From an uncultured virus (IMG/VR IMGVR_UViG_3300020056_000011) (taxonomy: Duplodnaviria; Heunggongvirae; Uroviricota; Caudoviricetes), in IMG/VR virus record IMGVR_UViG_3300020056_000011: DNA of 64,000 nucleotides; one strand, 5' to 3'. The notes under the pieces are model-generated. The model searched no databases, was not told the origin of the DNA, and saw only the letters and a list, made by a program, of their open reading frames with translations. This document shows positions 39,501-49,173 of this stretch, one piece after another. Made by a program: the position numbers and the translations under genes. The stretch's first letter is position 1, and the number at the start of each line of letters is the position of its first letter.

Positions 39501-40433
39501 ACAACTCTTGTAGGATGTAGATTTTCCTCTACAGGTCACAAAGTGTTTACTTGTGACGCTAATACATATAAAGTTGAAAGTTTTGATCTTAGTACTGCTT
39601 ATGATCTTTCAACAGCAGGCTCAGGAACAACGAGTACTGCCTTAACCACTGTCAGCAGTAATGCTCAAACGGGACTCTTTGATTTTAACTTTAATAATAA
39701 CGGCACTAAGTTGTTTGCCATGGATAGAAATGCATATAAAATTCATGAATATACTCTCTCTACAGCATGGGATATAACTAATTTAACTTATGTTGATGCA
39801 TATACTTATACAGCATACAGCGAAAGCTTTGCCTTTAATGGTGACGGTACAAAATTATTCATACTTAACATATCTGGCAATGATAAAGTTGAGTTACATA
39901 ATTTAAGTGTTGCTTTTGACATAAGTACAGCTTCTATATCTTCGCCATTAGTATCATATGATACTTTTGAACAAGATAACAATTCACAGGGGTTATGTTT
40001 TGGTAATAGCGGTCAGAAAATGTATATTGTGGGTAATGACGGCAACGACACAATTTATCAATATTCTACAGGCTCAACTACTGTTGGTTATTCCACATCT
40101 GAAACTTGGGTTAACGGCACAAATAACAACGAACATGCAACACTACAAGAAGCACTAGGGGCTCAGTCATTTAACAGAATGGACAAAGCACAACTCCAAG
40201 CAGTCACAGATCCAAACCACTATGTTCTTGGAGATACACTAGACTTGATGATTGCACCATATGCAACATCTGGAGCATCTCCACTATCGGATGGTGTTAC
40301 TATTGGATATCAGGCAGAAGCATTAGTGAGACAGGCAATCAATGGAACTGATTATGAAGCAGAGTTTCCGGCTCTAAATAAAGTAAAAATCAAATCTCTT
40401 GCAGCACAAAACTTAAAGATAAGGGTAATCTAA
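36576..40433 (+). CDS. Modular fibre with three beta-propeller insertions
   Basis: MAINFP start; STAWD/STAFD repeats. Confidence 0.85.
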   Translation: MAINFPNSPTNGQIFTSGGKSYEYNSTTGVWNRRPEATSPIPADISDLTDTTNLLFDGQYSSLAGAPTSSTAGALGTLTKTFTQNEETEITLSENISPVPNVSVFKEVPQGGLTSKGNWDVNANATNYDFFDEKPISYSSISLTPSATGDGTFTSSDPIISTHQIAATIPDYGNEAGYEVTLSNLLINNNLTDGSSPELYTFAMSPDGTKALTLQVHTSQIHKQRIHGFNVAVAYSTTVADYSNQSAYFDVTQGGTTSDHRTSNFGIDESGTYMYIHRKETTHQYQLSTPWDASTISYQNKTFIPSGNGIPSTTNWQAGPPNPSNNGDYILYCNGNYVARYTMSTAWDITTAGSKQEVDLSTILTAAGVTIDWGNLYNAMFSNDGTLLLVSARGNSYPQQFAYKFNLSTAFDITTAVYVEETGVHGWGYYPRFSRDNSGNTYMIGGTGAAAPIRIAQTSIPSAFSSSDVGKKVIGNSGSAIITSTAGAYKSVTAFADTSTISSWQLFGAEGKADGSGIELSGYSTSTPVIFPTSGNGVGATMNYNNNVSSAITNIVHVGFNSEGTIAIVMVAGLSTGYKFTRYDLSIPFDLSTLTEDATKVNTNEMTSGVKWLWVHPDGTKIWISDTGANRIKYFTMSTAWDPSTASYVGYYYFNSGGSWNSTSGGGGAPSTTTLQPYAFEFNSDGTKLLVGYYDNSAYDGLAEYTLSTAYDMSTMTYVSYADVTTGTIPYSFVVSEDGLSVLRGYSGGTAGLGYSLTLPSYFSVGSSSLNNIGNIDFRTLTGDAGVSAYAARTLMSYDKKRLWLCDMSTKKIFEITGGTSSAHPYSQYSPVLTGSTGQINSSSWVDLDSMVADETKNDGDVFYAVSTDDRTSWSVIKDGDGVRKIVKNNSGTWQYNNDAGTTVTVGFDIANASYDSKSLDVNAYESTARAVDISSDGLHLIVAGSFVDDLHYFTLSTAFDVSTATYVNKIDPHGTTLVGCRFSSTGHKVFTCDANTYKVESFDLSTAYDLSTAGSGTTSTALTTVSSNAQTGLFDFNFNNNGTKLFAMDRNAYKIHEYTLSTAWDITNLTYVDAYTYTAYSESFAFNGDGTKLFILNISGNDKVELHNLSVAFDISTASISSPLVSYDTFEQDNNSQGLCFGNSGQKMYIVGNDGNDTIYQYSTGSTTVGYSTSETWVNGTNNNEHATLQEALGAQSFNRMDKAQLQAVTDPNHYVLGDTLDLMIAPYATSGASPLSDGVTIGYQAEALVRQAINGTDYEAEFPALNKVKIKSLAAQNLKIRVI

Positions 40434-40434
40434 A

Positions 40435-41907
40435 GTGGCAGTAAACTTTCCAGATAGTCCTAGTGATAATCAAACATTTACTACAAATGGAAGAACATAT
40501 AGATATAATTCAGCAACAGGAGCCTGGAAAATATTAGCTGCTGGTGTAGGTTCAGATATTTCTGAACTAACTGATACAACAAGTCTCATTCCAGCAGATG
40601 TTTCTGATTTGGCAGACAACACTGGTTTATTAGATAGTGGTGGTGCTACTGTATATGCGGATATGGCAGCACTAATAGCTGCAACTGGTATGTCTAATGG
40701 AGATTTTGGATTAGTCACTGCAAACAATAATATATACGTTTATAATGGTTCTGGTTGGTATAAAATAGCAACTGTGCAGAATGATTCTCCATCAGCAATC
40801 ACTGGAGTAGATGGAACCTATGAACTAGCAACTGATGGAACTCCAACAGTTATTACAGCAGTTTCTACAGACCCAGATGGATTTCCTCTTACATGGACTT
40901 ATTCTACTTCTGGTTTGGGAAATATTGCTACAGTGAGTCAAGTGGATAATGTATTTACTATTACACCTAGTACTGATAGTGCCAATGATGGGACATTCAC
41001 TCTTACAATTAGTGCCACTGATGGTGTTAATGGTGCGGTTAGTGCGAATACAAGTTTAACTCTAATCTTTACACCTAATTGGACAACTACATTTTCAACT
41101 ATGACCAGTACTTGGGGATCTACTTCCAATGTTTTATTGAGCACTTATGGCGGGTTTGCAAATGGAGTAGGGAGTACGTGGTATAGGTCTGGTGCAATAT
41201 CTGTAAGCAGAGATGGTACAAAAATGACAATTAGTGATCAAATTGGCGGCGGGAAGCCCGTTGATTTTACTATGTCTACTCCATATGATCCAAGCACTCT
41301 TGCATTTGCTCAAACAGGAGATATTAATATAAAAGCGCTTTATGCTTTAGATTATATTGAAGATGGAACAAAATTATACTATGGTGATCAGCAAACAGTA
41401 AAATATGCAAATTTAAATACTGCATTCAACAGTAATACCCAAGCAAGCACAGTAAGTGTATTTACTGAGTCGGCTATTATATATGATTTAAAATTCTCTA
41501 CAGATGGAATGAAATTATTTGTTCTTTCTGGCAACCAAACTAGTGACAATCAAGTTAAAACATATAACTTAGGCGCGGCCTTTGACACATCATCTCGTAC
41601 ATTGGCAAACACATTTAATTTCTGGAGTACATATGCTAATAATTCAGTGAGAACTATTACTTCAATACAATTTAATCCTCTTGGAACAGTTTTATATGTA
41701 GTCTCTGCATATGGCGGAACAGCTTCTACTATTCCATTAACTACCGCTTGGGATTTATCAACAGCAGGTTCCTACACAACTGGAGGAAGCTTTGGAGTAG
41801 GTGCGAATATTCAAAAGGCACATATTTCTTGGGATGGAAATTGGGTTTACGGACTTAGAGATCAGCAAGATAACTCTGTAAGATTATATTGGAGACAACA
41901 ACCTTAA
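40435..41907 (+). CDS. Modular fibre: MAVNFP, Ig-like, propeller head
   Basis: GTG start; N-terminal ~210 aa paralogous to 41938. Confidence 0.85.
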   Translation: MAVNFPDSPSDNQTFTTNGRTYRYNSATGAWKILAAGVGSDISELTDTTSLIPADVSDLADNTGLLDSGGATVYADMAALIAATGMSNGDFGLVTANNNIYVYNGSGWYKIATVQNDSPSAITGVDGTYELATDGTPTVITAVSTDPDGFPLTWTYSTSGLGNIATVSQVDNVFTITPSTDSANDGTFTLTISATDGVNGAVSANTSLTLIFTPNWTTTFSTMTSTWGSTSNVLLSTYGGFANGVGSTWYRSGAISVSRDGTKMTISDQIGGGKPVDFTMSTPYDPSTLAFAQTGDINIKALYALDYIEDGTKLYYGDQQTVKYANLNTAFNSNTQASTVSVFTESAIIYDLKFSTDGMKLFVLSGNQTSDNQVKTYNLGAAFDTSSRTLANTFNFWSTYANNSVRTITSIQFNPLGTVLYVVSAYGGTASTIPLTTAWDLSTAGSYTTGGSFGVGANIQKAHISWDGNWVYGLRDQQDNSVRLYWRQQP

Positions 41908-41937
41908 ACCATAAGAGATAACTTAAAGGACAGACAA

Positions 41938-43434
41938 ATGGCGATAAACTTTCCAAATAGTCCAAGTGACAACCAAACATTTGTCACTAATGGAAGAACA
42001 TATAGATATAATTCAGCATCAGGAGTTTGGAAAATAGTAACTTCTGGTGCAATATCCGATCTATCAGATTTGACAGATACAACAAGTCTCATTCCAGCAG
42101 ATGTGTCTGATTTAACTGATACTGGAGGAGTATTGGGCAATGCCGGCGCGGCGATTTACGCAGATATGGCAGCATTAATAGCCGCTACTGGTATGTCTAA
42201 TGGAGATTTTGGATTAGTTACCGCAACAAATAATATATACGTTTATAATGGTTCTGGTTGGTATAAGATTGCTACAGTACAAAATGATTCTCCTAGTGCG
42301 ATTACTGGAGTAGATGGAACCTATGAATTAGCAACTGATGGTACGGCAACTGTAATCACAGCGGTGTCTACAGACCCAGAAGGATTCCCTCTGACATGGA
42401 GTTATGCAGTCACATCTGGTTCTTTAGGAACAATAGCAACCGTATCACAAGTAGATAATGTTTTCACGATTACACCCAGCACTACAGAGTCAGATGCTGG
42501 AACATTTGAGTTGACATTTAGTGCTACTGACGGTATCAATGGAGCAGTAAATGCAAGTAGTGAATTTTCTTTGACTTTTGGGGTACAATATCCTATTTTA
42601 AATACACTTAGTGGTAGTGTTACTAGTGGGTCTGTAACTGTTCCAAGTCAAGCCAATGATTATTATTGTACTCCCGAAGGAGATTTTTCTTTTGTAAGTG
42701 CCGCCTACAATCCTGTAGTATTAGAACACACCACTCATAAAAGTCCTACTACAACACAACGCAATATAGGTAGTACTGGTAATAGTACACTTGGAGGTTA
42801 TTGGGCGATTACTGCAAGCCAAGACGGTACTAGAATATTTGCTGCGGAGCATAATTCTGGGGGCGGCAATTTAAAATTTTATCAATGGAATTATAATTTA
42901 AATACGACAGTAAATACTAATGGTAACGGATTAAGTGGAACAGTAGGCTCTAGTAGTTGTACTGGTACGGTTACTAGGAATAGGCCTTCAAACCAACCTG
43001 GCTTTGATATTACTGGAATAGCTTTGTCTAGTGATGGAACAAAATTATTTCTCTGTGCTGTCAACTACAACTACATTGCTCGTTGGGATCTCTCTACTCC
43101 CTTTGATATCAATACTATAGGAACTTCACCAGCACAAGAAGTTCAGGTTGCAGGAAGTACGCCATGCAACGATGTCCAACTTAGTCCTGACGATAAATAC
43201 CTAATCTATTCAGCGGGCAATTTTTCAAGAACATATACCCAAAAACAATTTGATCCAGCAAATCCTTTAGATTTAAACAATTTATCTACTGTGACAGGTG
43301 GCTCAAAACAATTTTCAAGTAGTGGTGACGCTTCCGCAAACGTCAATCCATTAGGTGCCTGTTTCTTAAACGATGGCACTTCAATGTTCGTTTTTGACCG
43401 TCAAAACAGTCAAATAGACAAATATACAGTTTAA
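41938..43434 (+). CDS. Modular fibre: MAINFP, Ig-like, propeller head
   Basis: Tandem paralogue of 40435 with different head. Confidence 0.85.
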   Translation: MAINFPNSPSDNQTFVTNGRTYRYNSASGVWKIVTSGAISDLSDLTDTTSLIPADVSDLTDTGGVLGNAGAAIYADMAALIAATGMSNGDFGLVTATNNIYVYNGSGWYKIATVQNDSPSAITGVDGTYELATDGTATVITAVSTDPEGFPLTWSYAVTSGSLGTIATVSQVDNVFTITPSTTESDAGTFELTFSATDGINGAVNASSEFSLTFGVQYPILNTLSGSVTSGSVTVPSQANDYYCTPEGDFSFVSAAYNPVVLEHTTHKSPTTTQRNIGSTGNSTLGGYWAITASQDGTRIFAAEHNSGGGNLKFYQWNYNLNTTVNTNGNGLSGTVGSSSCTGTVTRNRPSNQPGFDITGIALSSDGTKLFLCAVNYNYIARWDLSTPFDINTIGTSPAQEVQVAGSTPCNDVQLSPDDKYLIYSAGNFSRTYTQKQFDPANPLDLNNLSTVTGGSKQFSSSGDASANVNPLGACFLNDGTSMFVFDRQNSQIDKYTV

Positions 43435-43461
43435 TTGGATAAACAAAAGATAAAAATTAAT

Positions 43462-43469
43462 TATAAATA
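43462..43469 (+). promoter_or_regulatory. T4-type late promoter
   Basis: TATAAATA 20 nt before 43489. Confidence 0.85.
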
Positions 43470-43488
43470 ATACTAAAAAGGATTTACA

Positions 43489-45396
43489 ATGGCGGACAGC
43501 AATTTAGACACCTCAATAGCAGCTCTCAAAACAGAACTCTTGAACGCAATTCCTACTGCTACTGTAGATGAACTGGTAAGTATTGCAAGGTCTGCGAAAG
43601 GTATGAATCTAGGAGAAGATTCTTCTCTGGAACAAGCAATCAACACTAGAGTAAATGCTCTGGCATCAACTGCAACAAGTGATGAAGTTTCTAAACTCGC
43701 AACAGTCATAAAACAATTTCTAAACCCTGCTGCAATCACTGTTACCAATTTTACATCAGTAACTGGAGATTTAATTCCAGATACTAATGAAGCATATGAT
43801 TTAGGTAGCGCATCTAATAGATTCAAAGACTTGTATATCAGCGGAAATACAATGTTCTTGGGAGACACTAAGATACAAGATGATGGAACAGAACTTAAAT
43901 TCTTAGACTCATCAGATAATCCAAGAAAAATGAAAGCTAAAGAGATTGATCTGGACGATGGTTCTGGAAAGATTCGGTTAAAAAGAAATGCACAGGGTAA
44001 GTTAGATTTTAGAACAATAGATAATTCTGGAAATGATACTGGAGCAGTTTCAACTGCATCTACTGGAGCAACAGTTGGTGCATATTCTTTGATGTCTGAA
44101 CTACCACTCACTGGAGTAGATGCTGGAACTCAAGCCTTTGTGTCTGAAAATAATAAATTGTTCTTATGGACAGGAACTGGTTGGTATAATATTGCGCTTG
44201 TCAATCAAACTCCATCTGCGATCTCTGGAGCAAATGCAACATATGATCTTGCAATTGATGGAACTCCTACTGTTGTAACTTTGAATGCAACCGATCCAGA
44301 AGGACTTCCTTTAACATGGAGTTATCAGGTAACAACTGGAGCATTAGGTTCCACCGCAACAGTGGCCCAAGCAGATAATGTATTTACCATCACACCAAGT
44401 GCAACAGAAGCTGATGCTGGAACATTTACTCTAACATTCTCAGCATCTGATGGCGTTAATCAATCTATTGCGAGTAGTGATTTTTCACTGGCATTTGCGC
44501 CGCCGCCAGCTGGCGTTCTCTTTACATCTGTGGGAACTCATACTTGGACTGTGCCAGATGGTGTAACTAGTATATCTATGGTTGGTGTTGGTGGAGGCGG
44601 AAGTGGTGCGGTAGTCGGACATCAACCAGAAAATAGTGGTACTGGTGGTGGTGGAGCAGCGCTTGCATATGTTAATAATTTTTCAGTCACAGCTGGAGAA
44701 CAATATACAGTAAAAGTGGGGGCAGGGGGCGCTCCCGTAACCGGCGGGGCAAGCACCCATAACAGCGGAAATAGCGGCGAGGCGAGTTTTGTAAGTAAAG
44801 ATGGAGTCATCATCTTTCAAGCGGGCGGTGGTTCGGGTGGCAATCGTGTTGCAGGCGGGCCCGCGCCCGAAGCTTCTGGTGGAACCAATGTGTTTGGTAA
44901 CTCGACTGTATTGGGCAGTGCGACCACTGGTGGCCATGGAGGTGGTAGAGGAAAAGGTGATAGAGGTACTCAATCAATGGCCGCCGGAGGGGGCGGTGGT
45001 GCTGGAGGATATTCTGGCAATGGCGGCGATGCATCTCCCGACACCAATTCAGGACAAAATGGTACTGGTGGTTCTGGAGCGGGAGGAAAAACAATGCAAG
45101 CTTTTGGTAGTGCTCATGGAACTGCTGGTGGTGGTGTTGGTGTATATGGTCAGGGCCGAAATGGTAACGCATCATCTGGAAGATCAGGTTCTGGTGGAAC
45201 GAGCATTGATCCATTAGATTCTAATAACGACAAAAATTACGGCGCCGGTGGGCCTGGATCCTTTAATTTTAATAGCAACTACAATGGGGAAACTGCCGGT
45301 CAAGGCGTTGTTCGGATCATTTGGGGAGATGGAAGATCTTTCCCATCAACCAATGTAGATCAGGCATCTTCGACAGCAGGCGAAACAACAGTATAA
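43489..45396 (+). CDS. Modular fibre: MADSNL anchor, Ig-like, glycine-rich head
   Basis: N-terminus paralogous to 22022 and 45406; WTVPDGVTSIS..GVGGGG...GVVRIIWG. Confidence 0.85.
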   Translation: MADSNLDTSIAALKTELLNAIPTATVDELVSIARSAKGMNLGEDSSLEQAINTRVNALASTATSDEVSKLATVIKQFLNPAAITVTNFTSVTGDLIPDTNEAYDLGSASNRFKDLYISGNTMFLGDTKIQDDGTELKFLDSSDNPRKMKAKEIDLDDGSGKIRLKRNAQGKLDFRTIDNSGNDTGAVSTASTGATVGAYSLMSELPLTGVDAGTQAFVSENNKLFLWTGTGWYNIALVNQTPSAISGANATYDLAIDGTPTVVTLNATDPEGLPLTWSYQVTTGALGSTATVAQADNVFTITPSATEADAGTFTLTFSASDGVNQSIASSDFSLAFAPPPAGVLFTSVGTHTWTVPDGVTSISMVGVGGGGSGAVVGHQPENSGTGGGGAALAYVNNFSVTAGEQYTVKVGAGGAPVTGGASTHNSGNSGEASFVSKDGVIIFQAGGGSGGNRVAGGPAPEASGGTNVFGNSTVLGSATTGGHGGGRGKGDRGTQSMAAGGGGGAGGYSGNGGDASPDTNSGQNGTGGSGAGGKTMQAFGSAHGTAGGGVGVYGQGRNGNASSGRSGSGGTSIDPLDSNNDKNYGAGGPGSFNFNSNYNGETAGQGVVRIIWGDGRSFPSTNVDQASSTAGETTV

Positions 45397-45405
45397 GGAA
45401 ATCTC

Positions 45406-47658
45406 ATGGCAGACAGCGATCTATCCACATCAATTGCAGCACTCAAAACAAAAATTGAGAATGGAATTCCAACTGCAAATGTTGCAGAGTTAGTTTCTCT
45501 TGCGAGAGCAGTAAAGGCATTAAATCTTGGAGAAGACAAGTCTTTAGAAGATGCAATCAATGCAAGAGCAAATGCGTTGGTTGGTTCTGCATCAGCTGAT
45601 GATGTCGCAAGACTTGCAGGAGCAATCAAACAAGTTCTAAACCCTGCATCAATCACAGTCACAACTCTTTCCACAATCACTGGAGATTTGATACCAGATC
45701 AAAATATTGTACACGATTTAGGTTCATCTACAAATAGATTCAAAGATTTGTATCTGAGTGGAAATACTGCTGTTATCGGAGACAGTAAAATATCCGATGA
45801 TGGTACTGGTATTGATATCAGAGATACTTCTGGAAATCCAAGAACTATCAAAGCAAAAGAAGTAACTATTGATGATGGAACAGGAAATCCTATTAAAATG
45901 AAAAGAGGTGCTGGAAACACAATTCAGTTTCTAGATAGTTCTGATAATTCTATTGAAACACAAGAACAAGCTTCAGCACCAGCAATGAGCGCATATAATC
46001 TATTATCACAATTACCCACATCTGGAGTGAATACTGGAACACAAGCATATGTTGCAGAGAACAATAAATTATATTTGTTTAATGGAACAGGTTGGTATAA
46101 TATTGCATTGATAAGCAATCCAATCACAGCAGTTACTGGAAATGCAGCAACATATGAACTTGCAAATGATGGAACCCCTTTATCAATCACACTTTCAAGT
46201 TCTGACCCAGATGGAATTCCTTTGCAATGGAGTCATCAAGTTACTGCCGGAACCTTAGGCGAAACCACAATCACTAATGTAGGTAATGTATTTACAATTA
46301 CTCCATCAACAAACAATGCGGATGCGGGGGAGTTCACAATTTCGTTTATTGCGTCCAATGGAGAAAATCAAGAAACCGCTTCGAGTGTGTTTAGTTTGAT
46401 TTTTGTAGCTCCTAGCCCTGAGTGGGATTCATATGCTAAAACTGCTGATAACCTTCAAAGTATGCCCTATTATCAAAGTAATAGAGAATGGGGATCTATG
46501 ACTGAAATAAATAAAGACGGCACCTACGCCGTAATCTCAACAGGCCATGATCAGAACACTACGGAATGGGTGCAAATATGGCATGATTCAACAGGAAACG
46601 GTAGCTGGGCCAAGCAAGCAGAATTTACTAGCCAAAGTGGGGATTTTGGAACCGATTTAGCCATCGACGACGAAGGTGTTACAGTAGCTATTGGTGACCC
46701 AGGCAGAAATGAAGTAAAAATTTATAAAAGATCTGGAACATCTTGGACACTAGATCAAACTATTTCTGACGGCGGGCAGTTCGGCTTTTCTATTGCTATT
46801 TCAGGTGACGGATTAGTATTAGCAGCTGCCAGACCTACTTGGTACAGTAATAGAGGCGGAATAAAATTTTACTCAAGAGCAGATAAAAATACAACCTTTA
46901 CTGAATCATTTAATATGACCGACATAAGCAGTTTAAATTCCACAAACTCATATCTAGGAAGAGGACGAGGCACTAAATCTAACTATAGAGGTGCAATGGA
47001 AATGAATGAAATCGGCACACGATTAGTGGTAGGTTGTCCTAGTTACAACAATAGTACACAATCTAGGGTTTACTTAATAACTCGTCCTGATACTTCAACC
47101 AATTGGTCTAATACATCATCACAAATTAAATATTTTCAAGAAAGTGGTGAGTGGAACGGTGCGGATGTCTCTATTTCCGCAGATGGAAACACTATTGTCG
47201 CCGGTGGAGCAAATGCTGCAACCAATGGTAAGATAAACATTTTTGATATAACAACCCTTCCATCTTCACAATCAATGACACCGACACAAACTATCAGCTG
47301 GTCTCAACTAACAAGCTCTGAAAAAGGAACATGGGGCAACTCATATTACTTTGGTAGAGCAGTAGGAATTAATGGCGATGGCAAAACAATAGTAGCATCA
47401 GCAATGTCATATTATGCTAGCTATCTTAGTCGAATGGGCTCTGTTTACATTTTTAGAAAAAATACTACAAGCGGTAACTGGGAATGGAAAGAAGTTTTAG
47501 AACCAAACCCAACAAGTAGCCAAGAAGATTTTGGAACCGATATTGGTATATCAGCGGACGGCTACCACATCATAGTTGGAGAATATTTGGCTACTGCACA
47601 CTCTGGTCAGTCCTTTAGTCATAAAGGTTCATTTCATGTTTATAAAGCAATTAGTTAG
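45406..47658 (+). CDS. Modular fibre: MADSDL anchor, Ig-like, FG-GAP-like propeller head
   Basis: FG.D/S.AI..DG repeats. Confidence 0.85.
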   Translation: MADSDLSTSIAALKTKIENGIPTANVAELVSLARAVKALNLGEDKSLEDAINARANALVGSASADDVARLAGAIKQVLNPASITVTTLSTITGDLIPDQNIVHDLGSSTNRFKDLYLSGNTAVIGDSKISDDGTGIDIRDTSGNPRTIKAKEVTIDDGTGNPIKMKRGAGNTIQFLDSSDNSIETQEQASAPAMSAYNLLSQLPTSGVNTGTQAYVAENNKLYLFNGTGWYNIALISNPITAVTGNAATYELANDGTPLSITLSSSDPDGIPLQWSHQVTAGTLGETTITNVGNVFTITPSTNNADAGEFTISFIASNGENQETASSVFSLIFVAPSPEWDSYAKTADNLQSMPYYQSNREWGSMTEINKDGTYAVISTGHDQNTTEWVQIWHDSTGNGSWAKQAEFTSQSGDFGTDLAIDDEGVTVAIGDPGRNEVKIYKRSGTSWTLDQTISDGGQFGFSIAISGDGLVLAAARPTWYSNRGGIKFYSRADKNTTFTESFNMTDISSLNSTNSYLGRGRGTKSNYRGAMEMNEIGTRLVVGCPSYNNSTQSRVYLITRPDTSTNWSNTSSQIKYFQESGEWNGADVSISADGNTIVAGGANAATNGKINIFDITTLPSSQSMTPTQTISWSQLTSSEKGTWGNSYYFGRAVGINGDGKTIVASAMSYYASYLSRMGSVYIFRKNTTSGNWEWKEVLEPNPTSSQEDFGTDIGISADGYHIIVGEYLATAHSGQSFSHKGSFHVYKAIS

Positions 47659-47673
47659 TATTTCTTGGTCTAA

Positions 47674-47892
47674 TTATTCATATATTTTGATTTTTTTAGG
47701 ATCAGTTAGAACTGGTTTGCAATATGCTGTTGCACGATGTTCTTCTGGAACACTACGATAATATCTATAGTTTCCGTATCTTTTTACAATCTGCGATGCA
47801 AAATAATTACAACGGTTTATATCCCAAAAATACATGTCTTGGCTAATAGTTTTTGATCCAAGTATAACAACTAATAAAAATACATGTGTCAT
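47674..47892 (-). CDS. Small exported hypothetical protein
   Basis: Hydrophobic N-terminus, C...AYCKP. Confidence 0.7.
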   Translation of the reverse strand: MTHVFLLVVILGSKTISQDMYFWDINRCNYFASQIVKRYGNYRYYRSVPEEHRATAYCKPVLTDPKKIKIYE

Positions 47893-48375
47893 TTACCACC
47901 AGTTGGCTCCTGTGCCAAGAAACCAAATAATAAACACAATAAGTCCAAATAGAAATACTGTAAGAAAAATAACAGCAATTCCTTCTAAAAATGCTCTGCG
48001 TCTTTCTTGTTGCCTATAAACTGTTTCTTCTCTTTCTTTGCGAATTTTTCTACGAAGTTCAATCATTTCGCGCCAAGTTCCAAAACCAAACCGAATATTT
48101 AACATCTCTTCTAGTTGTTTCTCTTGTTCTTGTAATTTTTTCTTATGAACAAGAATCTCTAAAGCTTCCTGTTCAACAGAACCGCTACTAAAAAGCTTAG
48201 TAAATATTGGTGGATTTTTTCTTTGCGTTTCAGCACGCCCTAAATCTGCTGCAGCCCCATACCATTTGCCCAATTGACCGACAACATCTTCTATCTCTCT
48301 TCCGGCATGGACTAACTTTTTAACTCCATTGAACGCAGCCGTTGCTGCCCCAATTGCTGTAATCGGGTCAATCAT
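47893..48375 (-). CDS. Membrane protein (possible lysis-related)
   Basis: MIDPITAIGAATAAF start, coiled coil, C-terminal TM; AGGAG RBS; TATAAATA at 48462-48469. Confidence 0.75.
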   Translation of the reverse strand: MIDPITAIGAATAAFNGVKKLVHAGREIEDVVGQLGKWYGAAADLGRAETQRKNPPIFTKLFSSGSVEQEALEILVHKKKLQEQEKQLEEMLNIRFGFGTWREMIELRRKIRKEREETVYRQQERRRAFLEGIAVIFLTVFLFGLIVFIIWFLGTGANWW

Positions 48376-48456
48376 ATTTTTCTCCTAATTATTTTTTTAT
48401 AATAAAAAATTATATTAAAACATGAGAAAAATATTCACCTCGATATCAATCGCTTT

Positions 48457-49164
48457 CTATCTATTTATATTATTGAGATCCCAAATCATGGGAAATATGT
48501 CGCTAATGATTTCTGCACATTGTTTTGCTATTATCATATGCTCTTTTTGCGTGCCGTTTGCTCCTCTAAGAGCAATATAATGTAGCCAACTACGCAAACT
48601 TCCTTTCATATATAGTCTTGTTTTTGTAAGTCCTTCTGGAAGCAAAACTCTAGCTTGTTCTTTTGCAATTCCATTTTCAATTGCCCACTCATAGGCCTTT
48701 CTTGCAGTTTCAATTACGCCCGATTGTCTACGACCCCATTCTGCAATCAAATCTTGATGTTCTCTGTTTTCTACTAAACTCGGATCATTTTCAATTTCAA
48801 TGCTGTTTTGTCTGTTTTTTGTATCTTGAAGTCTACATTCTCTTTTTACAAACCACTCGCCCATCTCTTTTGGTTCTGCATATCTCTGCGAAAACTCTTG
48901 AAAAGAAAAACTACGATGGCGAACAATTTGATGAGCAATATCTCTTGTTGTTTCAATTTCCAAAGTCACATCCACCATTTCTAATGGAGACCAATGGGCA
49001 TGTTTGATAAGATATTTTATCAATTTATCGCTTGTTTTCTTGTTTATTTGATTTGATGGGTTTGAAACTTTTGCACAATATGCAACCAAGTCTTGTAAAG
49101 TTTCTACTCCCTCTTCACTCAAATCTTCTGCTGATTTAGTGTAACTAATCAATTTAACTTTCAA
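48457..49164 (-). CDS. thyX: Flavin-dependent thymidylate synthase
   Basis: HWSPLE, RHRSFSFQEFSQRY, EQARVLLP, TQKEH. Confidence 0.97.
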   Translation of the reverse strand: MKVKLISYTKSAEDLSEEGVETLQDLVAYCAKVSNPSNQINKKTSDKLIKYLIKHAHWSPLEMVDVTLEIETTRDIAHQIVRHRSFSFQEFSQRYAEPKEMGEWFVKRECRLQDTKNRQNSIEIENDPSLVENREHQDLIAEWGRRQSGVIETARKAYEWAIENGIAKEQARVLLPEGLTKTRLYMKGSLRSWLHYIALRGANGTQKEHMIIAKQCAEIISDIFPMIWDLNNINR

Positions 49165-49173
49165 GTCAATCTC

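Noticed and set aside
44622..45217. Several alternative-frame ORFs, also at 20771-21400 and 51655-52159
   Set aside because: Shadows of GC-richer glycine-rich coding sequence
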